From positions 70,682,001 through 70,746,000 of the forward strand of contig NC_045696.1 of NCBI RefSeq assembly GCF_009834535.1: a DNA stretch of 64,000 bases. Direction: 5' to 3'. The notes under the pieces are model-generated. The model saw nothing but the letters and a program-made list of their open reading frames with translations. It ran no database searches and was not told the origin of the DNA. Position 1 is the stretch's first letter; each line of letters starts with the position of its first letter. Both the position numbers and the translations under genes were made by a program. Source of the stretch: Camelus ferus (Eukaryota). This document shows positions 25,801-37,200 of the stretch, piece after piece.

Positions 25801-28800
25801 TCCTATCCTGTCTCCTGCTCTCAGTCCCTGCCCCACCCAACCTGTCTTCCAAGCCCCCACCACCCTTCTTGAAATATACCTAATTATTTTATTCCTAGGA
25901 TCAAAACATTTTATCCAAAATCAATACTTCTCAAACTTTCCTGCTGAAGTGCATCAACAGCAGACAAAAGAAATGCCTTCAGTCCCCCCAAGGGACCGCA
26001 CAGCCTGAAGCTCCTGCCAGCACACCCAAGCTCTCTTTGAAGTCTTCTGTTTTCTCTTAAAAATTCATGAGGATTTTGCATTCTATTCCATGATATATCT
26101 GAATTTCTTTTAATATGAAGATGTTTAAAATTATTCACCTCAAGGAAAATTGATGCTCCTGAAAGAAATACTGTGTTTATCCCAGGGCTCAAATATCCTC
26201 CTTGGAGAAGTACCTATAGCATAAAATCCAAACTCCTGACAGGCAAGGGTCTATAAAACTTGGCCCCCACAAACCTTCCTGCCTTCCTCCCACTACTCCT
26301 CTGCATGCTCTCCAGACACTGGGCCACCGGGACTCCTGTCATGCCCTGATTTGCCGGGTTCTTCCCAGCCCCTGCATTTTTGCTCAGGCTCTTCCTTCCT
26401 GTGGGTCCCACTCTCTACCTGCTGACAAGCTACCATCCCCAAAGGCCTCAAGGGGAATCAAATACCACCTTCCACGTGAAACCTCCTCTGATGGCCCCTG
26501 ACAGATACAACGTGAGAGGAAGCATGATGCTGTGAAAGCAGCCTGTACTTTGGGATCAGAAGGCCAGCGTTCAAATCCTGGCTCCCAACCCTTGATCCAG
26601 GACAAATGAGCTAAATTCTCTTACAGCTCATTGGTGAAATGGGGAATGCTTCCCTCACAGGGCTGTTTTAGGGATTAAGTAAGATTCAGGCAACAGCATA
26701 GTGCCCAGTATGCACTCCCTTCCTCTCCTCCAAACTCCCATAACCTTCTTTGAACCACTCATGTAAAGAGCATGTGTTCACACAGGCATGCTTTTTTATA
26801 ATGGCTTATTTCCCCCAAATAGATCAGTGGTTCCCAATGTCCCAGAGAAGCTTCTTGTATTATCCCCAAGAGCCCATGGCTTGAAAGACGTGGGTTATTA
26901 AATCAAACGCATTTATGGAAGAACACCCCACTTTTCTAAGTTCTCTAGCCTATGAAGCTTTCTGAGCACTGAGACTGCTCCCAGGCTCTCTCCTGCCTCA
27001 CTTTAGGGGCTCAGAGTCCAGAGCCACCCACAGAGACCATAAACACCTTGAGACTGCAGCTCTGTCTCCACACTTCCCTAGCACCTTACTCAGAGCCTCA
27101 CTCTAAGAACACACCTAGTAACTGCTTGTGGCATAAACAAAACGTTTCACCCAGATGATGAGGGGGGGACCCTGTCTAAACTAGCCAGTCGGTGTGCAGA
27201 AAGGGGGCATTGTTATGGGACGCAGCCCTGGAGGCGAGCCCTTCCCCTCCCACTCACCCAGGGCAGCACCCCCAGTTCCACCAGCTGGCCTCCAACTTCA
27301 GTGTGTGAGCCGATTAAAAAGCGCCCTCTCTTCAGTGTCTGGAAACTCCTGCAAGGAAAGTTTGCTGCCCAAAGTTGGCTTTTGACTAGAGTCTTAATAA
27401 GAGGCCTCAGCAGGCTGTGGCTGGAGAGACAATGTCACTTAGAGGAGCAGCTTGAAGCGGCAGTTAGGAGAAGAATTATTTTAATGAATACATTTCCTTT
27501 CAATTGTATGGGAATATCAAGATCCCATTAGAATAGGGAAGCAATTAGAACTAATAAAGATGAATGCACAGTGCTCGGTGCGTGCGGAATAACAAGCAGC
27601 CAACAAAGGGACTCCGGAGAGCCTGCTCTAATCCAAGTGAACTGGCGGCCAGCGAAGGGGAAACGGCTCTGTTCAGCTGCTCAAAGGCCCTGTGTCCCAC
27701 GCATTCTGGTCACGGCCAGCGAATGGCGTGAGTTGGGCCTCAGAGGTGGGGGTAGAGGGGCCCCCGTCCTGGACTGGCCCGGCCTCTGGGGGATAGAGAT
27801 GGGCTGTTGGCAGCCCCTGGGCGACGGCCATTCAGACCAGGGCCCTGGATGCTCGCCAGCCTCGCGCCTGCCCTTCGCACTGGGCCTCATTGTGTCCAGG
27901 TGGCAAATGCCTTCTCGCCAACTCTCCTTCGAGGTTTAGGGAGCGGGTGGGACAGTGGAGGGGAGGCGGGAGAAGGGGGCCCCGTGCCCCCTGCATGTCT
28001 CCCCTCCCCCGCCGGCCATGGTCTGTTCCTCCTCTGGGCCGGGTGTTATGTTACAGACACTGGTGGGACACAGGCAGCCAAACACAGAAGTACTGTTGCT
28101 TACACAATTGCTCTTCAAACAGTAACAAACAATTTTCATTACCCAAGTCAGATCGAATCATCCGCCTGGCCATCCTGCCTCAATACCAGCCACACATACA
28201 GGACCCACGGCTTCACACTCTGCCCATTCTGCTATGACAAAACTGGGCTCCATTTTGCCCCTGGCCCAGCGATACAGGACAAAGCTCTTCCTCTGATCCC
28301 TTCTTTGAGCCAGCTCAGCTGCATGGCTGTCAAAACTGTCAGGAGAAATAGAGAAGATGCAAGCACCTTCGCAGTTTGGGGCTCATTCAGACCTGGGGTG
28401 AGACATTACTCAGCATCCATGTGAAGAAAGCACTCAGGAGTTTGGAGGACTCTATTGACAAGTTTAGAAGGAATCCAACAAGATAACCCTGGCTCCCCAC
28501 CAAAGCATTCACTAGCCTTAGACGGAATGTCAGGGCTTGACGTTTCTCTATTTAATCTTTTTTGGCCAGACAGTTTTTTCAGCCAGGAATTTGTAAGCTC
28601 ATTCCAAAATGTCTGCTTGAGAGGCCAGTCACACTCATTACTGAGACTTTCTACTGGGTCTGTTAAAAAAAAAAGGCCTGTAACATTTTATATTTGTTTC
28701 TTAATGGTAGAGCATTTTAAATGTATGTTTATATTTATAATCTTACTTGAACCTCAAAATAACTGTGGGGACTGTCAAAGTTAAGGTTGTCAGACAAAAA

Positions 28801-29378
28801 GATGAGGAAACAATGGCCCAGAGAGGTTAAGTATGCTGTGCAAGGTCACAGGATGAGCGAATGGGGAGGGACACCAGAACTCAGGTCTTCTGACCTGGTT
28901 CAGTGCTTTGTTCTAGGACACACCTTTTTTACACCCACAGAGTGCTAGACAGTTCCAGGATAATTCATCCTGCAGTTGTGCTTTTCCAGTGTAACTCCCT
29001 TATCCTTTTCCTCATAGTAAAGTGGGCTAAGCGCTATAGGCTCTCAAAGACTATAGTCTAGGCTACAAGGATCATCCTTCAGGAAGGTTTCAATCTAATA
29101 GTCATCAGAGTTTTGTCGCCCTCCCCTCCTCCCCGCCCACCAAAGAGCTATATCTTTCCTCCCTTTTAACAGCTTCAGTAAGGACTGTTTTAAAAGTCTG
29201 CCTGTTCAGTATGAGGTCAGGACAATCAGGACTGGAAAATGATTGTCTAGGTCCCCTCCAGTATATAACATTGTAGCGTCCAGGGGTTGGCAAGTAGCAA
29301 AGCAAAGTCATTCACCTTTCATACCCCTCATCAACTCCTCTACCTAAAGTCCTATTCATTTAATTTTTTAAAAACTTT

Positions 29379-29965
29379 GTTACATGATTATAGTTCTAAT
29401 ACTGTATTGCATATTTGAAAGTTCCTAAGAGAATAGATCTTAAAAGTCTTCATCACAAGAAAAAAAAAACTTGTAATTATGTATGGTAATGGAAGTTCAC
29501 TAGACTTCTTGTGATCATTTCACAATATGTGTGAATATCAGTTCATTATGTTGTACACATGAACTAACGTTATCTGTCAATTATACTTGTTTAAAATCCT
29601 TTTATTCTTATAATCTTAAAGTAAAATTTATATAGTGTGAGATTCATAGATATTAAATGTACAGTTTGAAAAGTTTTGACAAATGTATACCCACATCCAA
29701 ATTGTGATATAAAACATTTCCATCACCCCCATACAGCTCAGGCATACCCCTTTCTAGTCAACCCTATTCCAGGCCTCCACTGTTTTCATTTTTGTCACCA
29801 TCAATTAGCTGAACCTGCCCTGGACATCAGATTAACTAGAATCATATTATATATAATCTTCTGTATCTTTCTTCTTTCACTCAATATAATGTCAGCTGGA
29901 CTCATCCATCTTATACCAGTAGTTTGTTCCTTTTTTTTTTTTTTTGATGAGTAGCATTACATTCT
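29379..29965. mobile_element. Two tail-to-tail L1 3' UTR fragments (+ 29379-29595; - 29600-29965)
   Basis: AATACTGTATTGCATATTTGAAAGTTCCTAAGAGAATAGATCTTAAAAG on +; AAATGTACAGTTTG...AAACATTTCCATCACCCC...CTTCTTTCACTCAATATAATG on -. Confidence 0.8.
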
Positions 29966-30676
29966 TCATTCAGTTTTCAAAATTCAGTCATATTACTGCT
30001 AATGTGCAGTAATTCTGCACAAAATTCTCTCCATTCAGTGTATCTCCTGCATGCTCCTTTCCAAGCATCTCTCTCCTCCATATCTCCTCGGCAATGCTTA
30101 AAGTGAGAAAGATCTGCAAGTAGACTATTTTATCTCTAGTGATGCCCTTTTAGGTAGGAGTGGTTCTACCTTCGGGAGAAAACAGACAACCAGGCAGTCC
30201 AGCACGGTGGTCATGAGAACAGTCTTCAGAACAGACAGATCTAGGCCCTCATTTCCAGTCTAGTACTTAGATGGGTGGCCGGGGATAAGTGATTTAACCT
30301 CTCAGTGACTGTTTTCCCATTTGTAAAATGAGGATAATAATACCTTCCTAATAGGGATTTGTAAGGACTAAATTATATTGTATATAAAATGTCTGGCATA
30401 ATAGAAACTAATAATAGCCTCAAGCTAGACTATAATAAACATCCTCCTGCTTCATTCACACACTTTCAGTTTTTGTAAGTCATATAGTATAAATGGGTAT
30501 ACATCTTCAGGAGTTTTTGAAAAGAAGAGCTCATGATTACATCTATAAAAGTCTAACTGTCAGATATTTATTTAAAATAAATATTACTTCCTACGGAAAA
30601 AAGTCTTCCATCATTTATTCAGTGACAATTACATACAGAGTGCTGATGCTGAGGGGCTCTTCAAAAGAGTTAAGGA

Positions 30677-30844
30677 AGGTGGGGTAGGGGTACAGCTCAG
30701 TGGTATAGTGCGTGCTTAGCATGTACAAGGTCCTGGGTTCAATCCCCAGCACCTCCATTAAATAAATAAACAAATGGATAAATAAACCTAATAACCTCCA
30801 CAAAGAAACCAAACAAGTCTAAAAAAAAAAAAAGAATAAAAAAA
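30677..30844 (+). mobile_element. Camelid tRNA-derived SINE (Vic-1-like)
   Basis: TACAGCTCAGTGG (A-box region), GGTTCAATCC (B box), A tail; 14-bp TSD AAAAGAGTTAAGGA at 30663-30676 and 30845-30858. Confidence 0.92.
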
Positions 30845-30943
30845 AAAAGAGTTAAGGACATAGCCCCAGCTTTTAGGATGTTTGGTTTTGGAGGGTAATA
30901 AGATAAGCACAAAAATAATTATAAGACAAAGCAGTGTATGGTC

Positions 30944-30970
30944 AATAATAATAATAATAATAATAATAAT
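30944..30970. repeat. (AAT)n microsatellite
   Basis: Directly visible. Confidence 0.9.
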
Positions 30971-31628
30971 TAACACCTATTAATATAGTGGTTAAGAGCA
31001 TGATCTCTAAAGTTATACCATATGATTGAAATAGTGGTTCAGTCATGTGATGTTCAGGAAGTTACTTAACCTCTTTGTGTGTTACTTCCCTTATAAAATA
31101 ATACCACTTATCTAGCAGGGCTGTTAGGAGAAGTAGATGAGTTACTTGATGAGTTAATACATGTAAAAAATTAGCACAGTATCATCACATTTAAAATATG
31201 CAATAAATAACAGCTAACATTTATTGAACACTATGTGCCAAGCGCTGTGTTAAATGGCTTATATGCATTACTTCACATAATCTCCACAATGTTGTTTCTA
31301 CTATTATACTCATTTTACTGATAAGGCAACTGAGGGGCAGGAAGTTTAGGTAACTTGCCCAAGATTACATAGCTAGTAAATAGCAAATTCCATAGGAAAG
31401 ACATATCTATAAAATGGCGATAATGACAATAGTACTTACCTTAATAAGAACTAAACAAATTAATATTTGAAAAATGGTTAGAGCAGAGCCTAGCACACAG
31501 TAAGGTCTATGTAAGTAGATTGTTAAACAAATATTAATTGCTATGATGATTCAGAAATGGCAGCAAATAACTTCCATGCATGGAGACTAAGGATGGCTTT
31601 GGAAAGGTGACATGTAAGCTGAGCCTAC

Positions 31629-31731
31629 AAAAGAGGGAGGGGAGTGGAGGAGAGGCAGAGGAGAAGAGAAGAAGAGGAAGGGGAAGGGGAGGAGAGGGAA
31701 GGAGGAGGAAGAGTTGGGGAGGGGGGGAGGA
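31629..31731 (+). repeat. Polypurine (GA-rich) low-complexity tract
   Basis: About 100 nt almost entirely A/G. Confidence 0.85.
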
Positions 31732-32399
31732 GTGACAGATAGGCAGAGGGATAAAGTTCAGAATAGAGTCAGCAAAAAGAAAAAAAAATAGGAGCGGTTA
31801 AGTTTGAATAGGTTTTAAAAAAGATTCCTTTCCTCCAATCAGTTACTATTTCTGCCAGCTGTACTTCAGTATATCGTTTATCATCTTCCTTTCACGAACC
31901 CTGTGGAATCTGCTATCCTTAACCCCTCATTAGTCATTTTATAACATTTATGTAGCGCCTCTATGTGCCAGGCACTGTTCTAGGCACCTGGGATACACCA
32001 ATGAACAAGACAGGCCAAGTCTCAGTTCCTATTCTGCTCTACAATAGTACTCCAATACTCGAAGCCGGATTCCCAGCTTTTCGTCAGCCCTACTCTGAGC
32101 CATCCTCCACACTGAAACCAGAGAGACTGGAAAGTTACAGATCTGGTCCTGGTACTCCTTGCTTAAATCCCCCTGTAGTATATTCCCATCGTGTACAGAT
32201 AATTTCAGTCGCCCTAGCATCCTATTCACCGCCTTTCACTAATTGTCCCGCACAGCTTTACCGCCCACCTTAACCTCCACGCACTCTGCACTTGACTCAC
32301 AGTAAATCAGTCTTTGATACACACACGTGGAAATAGGCACCTGCTGAAAGGACACGGCTAGAATTCCATCCTTATTTCATCTGTACATTGAAACCTTGA

Positions 32400-33260
32400 G
32401 AAAGCCCTGGTTACCGCCCCCTCTCCAAGCAGCGAGTCTAAACAGCAGCGCTGCCTGCGCGCTCCCCCGCAGCCCCGGCATCCTGAGAAGCCTGTGCGCA
32501 CTCCCAACCCAGCGGGGGCTGGAAGAGGAGGGGCTTCGCGCGGCCTCGGGGCCGCCATTTTGGCTGAGTTGGCCGGAAGTGGTCCAGCTAGTCGGCTCGC
32601 GGGCGCGCACTGAGGCTGCGCGGTGGCCGCGCCGCAGGTCTTCGGCGCCGGCAGCTTCGGGGCAACCGTCCCGAGCCCTATGCGGCGTCGCCCAGCAGCC
32701 ACAAAAGCCCCTTCTGCCATCTCTCCTAGCCCTACTCCAGCCTCCCCAGCCGCTGTCCAACCCCTCCGCCGGGGTTTGTGCAGCGGCTCGCACAACCCTC
32801 GGCCCGTGTACGCGCTTTGCACCTGCCTGCCCGAAAACATGCTGCCGAAACCCGAGACCGAGGGTCTCCCCATCCTTCAGACCGAGGGGGAGGATAGCGG
32901 CCTTGACGGTGAGACCCAGACCCTGACCGCCTCGCAGGAGGAGGCCCCGAGCTCCCTCCTGCAGGGCAGCCCCAGGGGGATCTTGGCGCCGCAAGGGAGG
33001 AGGGGGCTGCAGATCCCGCCCTCACCCCCGAAAGCTGGTAGGGCCTTGGCAGCCAAAACCTTGGCCCGGCGCAGGGTCCGCCGCCGTGTGGATCAGACGG
33101 TGGCCGAGTTGGTGCAGTTTCTGCTGGTGAAGGACTAGAAGAGTCCCATCACTCGCTCCGAGGTGGTGAAACATGTTATAGGAGACTTGAAGGATCTGTT
33201 CCCTGAGATTATCGCAAGGGCCGCAGAGAGTCTGCGGCATGTCTTTGGTTTCGAGCTGAA
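32400..33260. promoter_or_regulatory. CpG island / promoter of the MAGEF1 locus
   Basis: Abrupt rise in GC and CpG density relative to CpG-depleted flanks. YY1 motif GCCGCCATTTTGG at 32551-32563, ETS/GABPA motif CCGGAAGT at 32573-32580, NRF1-like TGCGCA/GCGCGCA near 32495 and 32603. Confidence 0.8.
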
Positions 33261-33761
33261 ACAGCTTGACTGTAAGCACCACACTTACATCCTGAACAAC
33301 AAACTAAAACCTCTTGAGGAGGAGGATTTGGGAGGAGATGGCCCCAGATCTAAATGATGATCTTGGGCCTTATCTACATGAAAGGTAATAGCGCCAGGGA
33401 GGCACAGGTCTGGGAGATGCTGCGTCTGTTGGGGGTGCGTCCCTCAAAGTATCACTTCTTCTCTGGGTATCCGAAGAGGCTTAATAATAAGACTTCGTGC
33501 AGCTGAGATACCTCAGTTACAGGCGTTATGCCTTACACCAATCCACCGGAATGTGAATTCTCCTGAGGTCCCGGAAGCAACCTGGAAACCAGCAAAGTGA
33601 AAGTCTTGGGGTTCCTGCCCAAGCTCCATAAGAAAGAACCCCACCACTGGCCAGTGCAGTACCGTGAGGCCCTGGCAGACGATGCTGACAGAGCCAGAGC
33701 TGAGGCCACAGTGAGGGCGAGGACTAGGTCCAGTGCTAGGGCCGGCACCCACCCCTGGTGA
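32839..33761 (+). pseudogene. MAGEF1: MAGE family member F1 pseudogene (single exon, disabled)
   Basis: Translation across frames gives MLPKPETEGLP...ASQEE..., RALAAKTLARRRVRRRVDQTVAELVQFLLVKD*KSPITRSEVVKHVIGDLKDLFPEIIARAAESLRHVFGFELKQLDCKHHTYILNNKLKPLEEEDLGGDGPR / MMILGLIYMKGNSAREAQVWEMLRLLGVRPSKYHFFSGYPKRL / DFVQLRYLSYRR / [57 protein letters not shown]...ARAGTHPW*. This is collinear end to end with human MAGEF1 as recalled. Lesions: TAG 33136-33138, TGA 33564-33566, indels near 32975, 33027, 33350, 33487 and 33527. Confidence 0.95.
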
Positions 33762-34239
33762 GGGCTGATGGAAGAGTGGCCAGCCAGAGGGGGTCGGGGT
33801 GAGTAGGTATAAAAGCTACTGAGTCGTAAGTAGAATAGGTGCGGGGAGGGTCATTATTTCTGTAGCAGTTGCATTTCTGTAACTAGGATTTAGGGTTTGT
33901 GTCTTGCTACGTTTTGTTACATTTAGTATACTGTTAAATTGATGTTTATAAATGAGATTGGTCTACATTTTCCTGTAGGATTTTTTTTGTAGAGTTTTGC
34001 TGGTTTTGTAAAATGAAATGAAAAACTTTACATTTTATTCTGTGATCTTGGACAAATTATGCAGCATTGAATGCTGCACATTAATCATTTGAAGGAACTC
34101 AGCAATGTGATGATCTGGTACTGGGAAAAAATAGCTGATTAGTATCCAGCTTCCCAACACTTTTTGTCTATTGTATAAAGAAAAAAGATTGAATGTAACT
34201 CTGTTTGCTTAGTTACTATAGTATCTAGGGGGAAAATGC

Positions 34240-34245
34240 AATAAA
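34240..34245 (+). terminator. Polyadenylation signal ending the MAGEF1 3' UTR
   Basis: AATAAA at the end of a ~480 nt T-rich UTR-like stretch after the ancestral stop codon; repeat (L2-like) sequence resumes ~25 nt later. Confidence 0.6.
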
Positions 34246-37200
34246 TTAAAAGAATAACCTGGTATACCTAGTAAACGTTTGTTAAGCATCTTCTTTTGTG
34301 TGATGTACTATTGGGGGTATTTGGGGATAGAATGCTGAACGAGATAAAGGTCCTACTTTTCAGAACTGGACAGTAAGTAAATAAACCAGAAATTAGGGTG
34401 CTGTGAGTTGAAGGCTACAGAGGGACACCCAACCCCACTGCGGTGAATAGGTGAGACTTGTCTGAGGTTACCTTTTGTCAGACTTGGGGGTAGGGAGGGG
34501 GAAATGGCAGGGTGGGTAGAGCAGAGGGGAATGAGAAGAGGAAGAAGTTGGGGGTGGGAGATGGTATTAAAAATGACTTAAGATCATAGATGCTCCTCAG
34601 TAACATGGGAAGACGTGATACGTGGCAGATCTGGAAAACACCCTACCCTTGCCAGTACGTTTGTTCCAGGGCTATTTATCACAGTGCACAAATAGTGATG
34701 GGGTCTGTTAGCATTTTGGTCCTCTCCATCTCCCTTCTCTCAGTCTATGCGGAGACCAAATATTTTACTAATTCTGGAACAGTATGTAGTGTGGGTGGAG
34801 GGTACATGTGATGTTCCCTACCACCAAGAAGCTCTGCTTCAAGATCTCTCCCTTGGCACCAGGAAGCCCAGCATCCTCATTCGTGTTTCTGCTTGTGCTT
34901 TCTACCCACTGTCTCTCATTTGGAGAACTGTAAGGCATCCCACATTCTTAACTACCCATGAAAAGGCATCTACGTATGCAGCTAAAACCTCTGCAGTGCC
35001 TACCACCTCCACACGGGGGATAGATCCTGTAGAATGGGTACACAGAATATTAAGGAACCTATAGGAGTGGTGGTGACCAAACCAAAGAGGAGTATAGAGG
35101 GGACTGTGAAACTGTCTCCCCGTAGCTGCCATACACAGAAGAGCCACTTTCTTCCCTTTATTGGTAGCTTTTTTCCTGCTCTCAGTTGTGTCTGAATAAC
35201 ATTTCTGAGTCTGTTAAGGTTAGTGTGGAATATGAATACTCTAGGACACAGGCCCAGGGATCCAACAAATCAGACTGAGATCAAAAGCTATAAGCTTATA
35301 GGTAAAAAAAAAGTTGACTAATGATTAAAAATACGACTTCTGAGCAGTTTATAATTCATTAAACAAAAATACTGAGTGCCTGCTACATGCCAAGGACTTT
35401 GCTGGGTTCCAAAGATTAAGATGTAAAAACCAGCTTTGCCCTCAAGAAGCAATAGTGATAATTTCTTACATTTGTATTTTCTCACAGCTGCTGAGAAGTC
35501 AGCAGCATGTGCACCTGAGAATCTGATTTCCTGGTGATTTGCCTATGGTCACCTGGCAAAAGACAGTACTAAGGCTAGAACCCGAGTCCTTTGCCTCCCA
35601 ATCCAATGTGTTTCATTCTAGTACATTGTTCCCTGCATCTGGCTTCCAGTATATTATGTGTGATTTTATTTATCACAATTCCAAAAGTCAAGCGAGGCAT
35701 GTGTAATTATCCCCAGTTGCCACTGCAGTCCTTATGGGATTGAGCAGAGTAGAAAAACTCCCCATTTCATTGGCAGCAGAAGTGGCTTTTCTTAAGGTCA
35801 GACATACAGTAACATATAGTTCATGGCAAGTGAGACTAACAACTACCATTTCTTAAACATCTGCTATAGGCCAAAGGCATTTTCCCCCTACTTTTCATAA
35901 CCACATTGCAAAGTGGGTATTATGAAGGCACCTCCATTTTACAGATATTAATACTTGCCATTTATTCAATACCTAAGCTTTTTATGCTTTACATAAGTTT
36001 TAATGATTTTTTACAAGAATCAAGCAGGATAGATATTATCGGTTCCATTTTGAACTATGCAAACTGAAACTCGGAGAAGCTGTAAAGTTCTGGTAGATAG
36101 TGTATGACATAACAAGGATTGGAACTGAAGTCTGACCGAGTCAAAATCCCACATTGTTCACTATTTTACATTTCCTTCTTCTTGGGACTCCTTTCAGACG
36201 TGGGGCCTCATGTTCTTTCTTCCAAACATGGCTCTCTCTCTGGAGATACAGACAAGGGTCGTGTAGCCAAGGTAACTATGACAGACACTGGCCTGCAGGA
36301 GGGTAAAAAGGAGGCTAAAGTCAAGTTGGAGAATTATCTGTGAACATTGGTCCCGGCTCTGCTCACCCCCCCGTGTTCTCAGACTGCTGACTACGTGGGG
36401 AATGTATATTTTCGCTCAAACTCAGCATGTTTTGCCCCTAGAGGCCATGTTTCCTCAGTCTTCTTTAGTCTGCTCTCTCCACTAAGCCTCAAGTCTTTCA
36501 TGCCAGGGAACAATCAAATAACATTTGTGGCCCTGCAAATACGATTCCCAGTGTTGTTTCCAGATGGCACAAAGGGCTGGCAGAACTCGTACCCTTGCCT
36601 CAGGATGAAAGACCTTCTGTGTCACACATGCCACCATCAACTTCTCAGAGTATTAAAAGTGTGGCCTCTGGACCCATGTGTAGAGCAGACATTGGCCACG
36701 GTAAGGGCAAGAGATGGATTCTCCTGTTGCTTAGGGTCATTCAGATGAGGGAGGAAGAAGGCCTGGATCCCTGGTCTCCTTCCCCTCCAGACACAAACAG
36801 AAGTAGATCTTCCCTCTGAACCACTGTGGGTGCGAGAGAAGAGGGATGTTGTTGGGACAGTGGTGGCAGATGATGACTCCAAGTCATACTTCCTCTGCTA
36901 CAACTAGGAAGCAAAGCCAGTGAAGGAAACGCCCTTGGAAACTAGGAATCTGGCCTTAGACAATGGGAAGGTCTCAGTTCAGCTGCAGACTCTGCAGGGA
37001 TCTTGATATTCACCAGAGTCGGCACTTTTGACCCACTGGAACTTGGAGAATGGGTGTTTGGAAACAGGCTCAGGTTGATTACAGCCCCAACATCTAGGAG
37101 ACACATAGTGCTCCAGAGGGGGCAGCTCATTTGCAGCCCCTGTAAATCAGGCCTCAATTCACAAGCTCAATCACAGTTTCCTTTTGAGATAATTATGCTT

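Noticed and set aside
27807..28424. 205-aa ORF
   Set aside because: Non-ATG start, no recognisable domain, and it spans a CpG-rich putative regulatory region.
30003..30021. Hairpin TGTGCAG-TAATT-CTGCACA
   Set aside because: A 7-bp stem is expected by chance in 64 kb, and there is no pre-miRNA-length structure.
32358..33025. Overlapping 97-205 aa ORFs on both strands over the CpG island
   Set aside because: Stop-poor GC-rich sequence gives long ORFs by chance; the products are low-complexity A/P/R/G with no recognisable domain.
32623..33138. 171-aa ORF as a functional MAGE protein
   Set aside because: The listed start is a GTG in the 5' UTR. The real ATG is 32839 and the frame terminates at the start of the MAGE domain.
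33513..33752. Minus-strand ORFs over MAGEF1
   Set aside because: They are antisense shadows of the former coding sequence.
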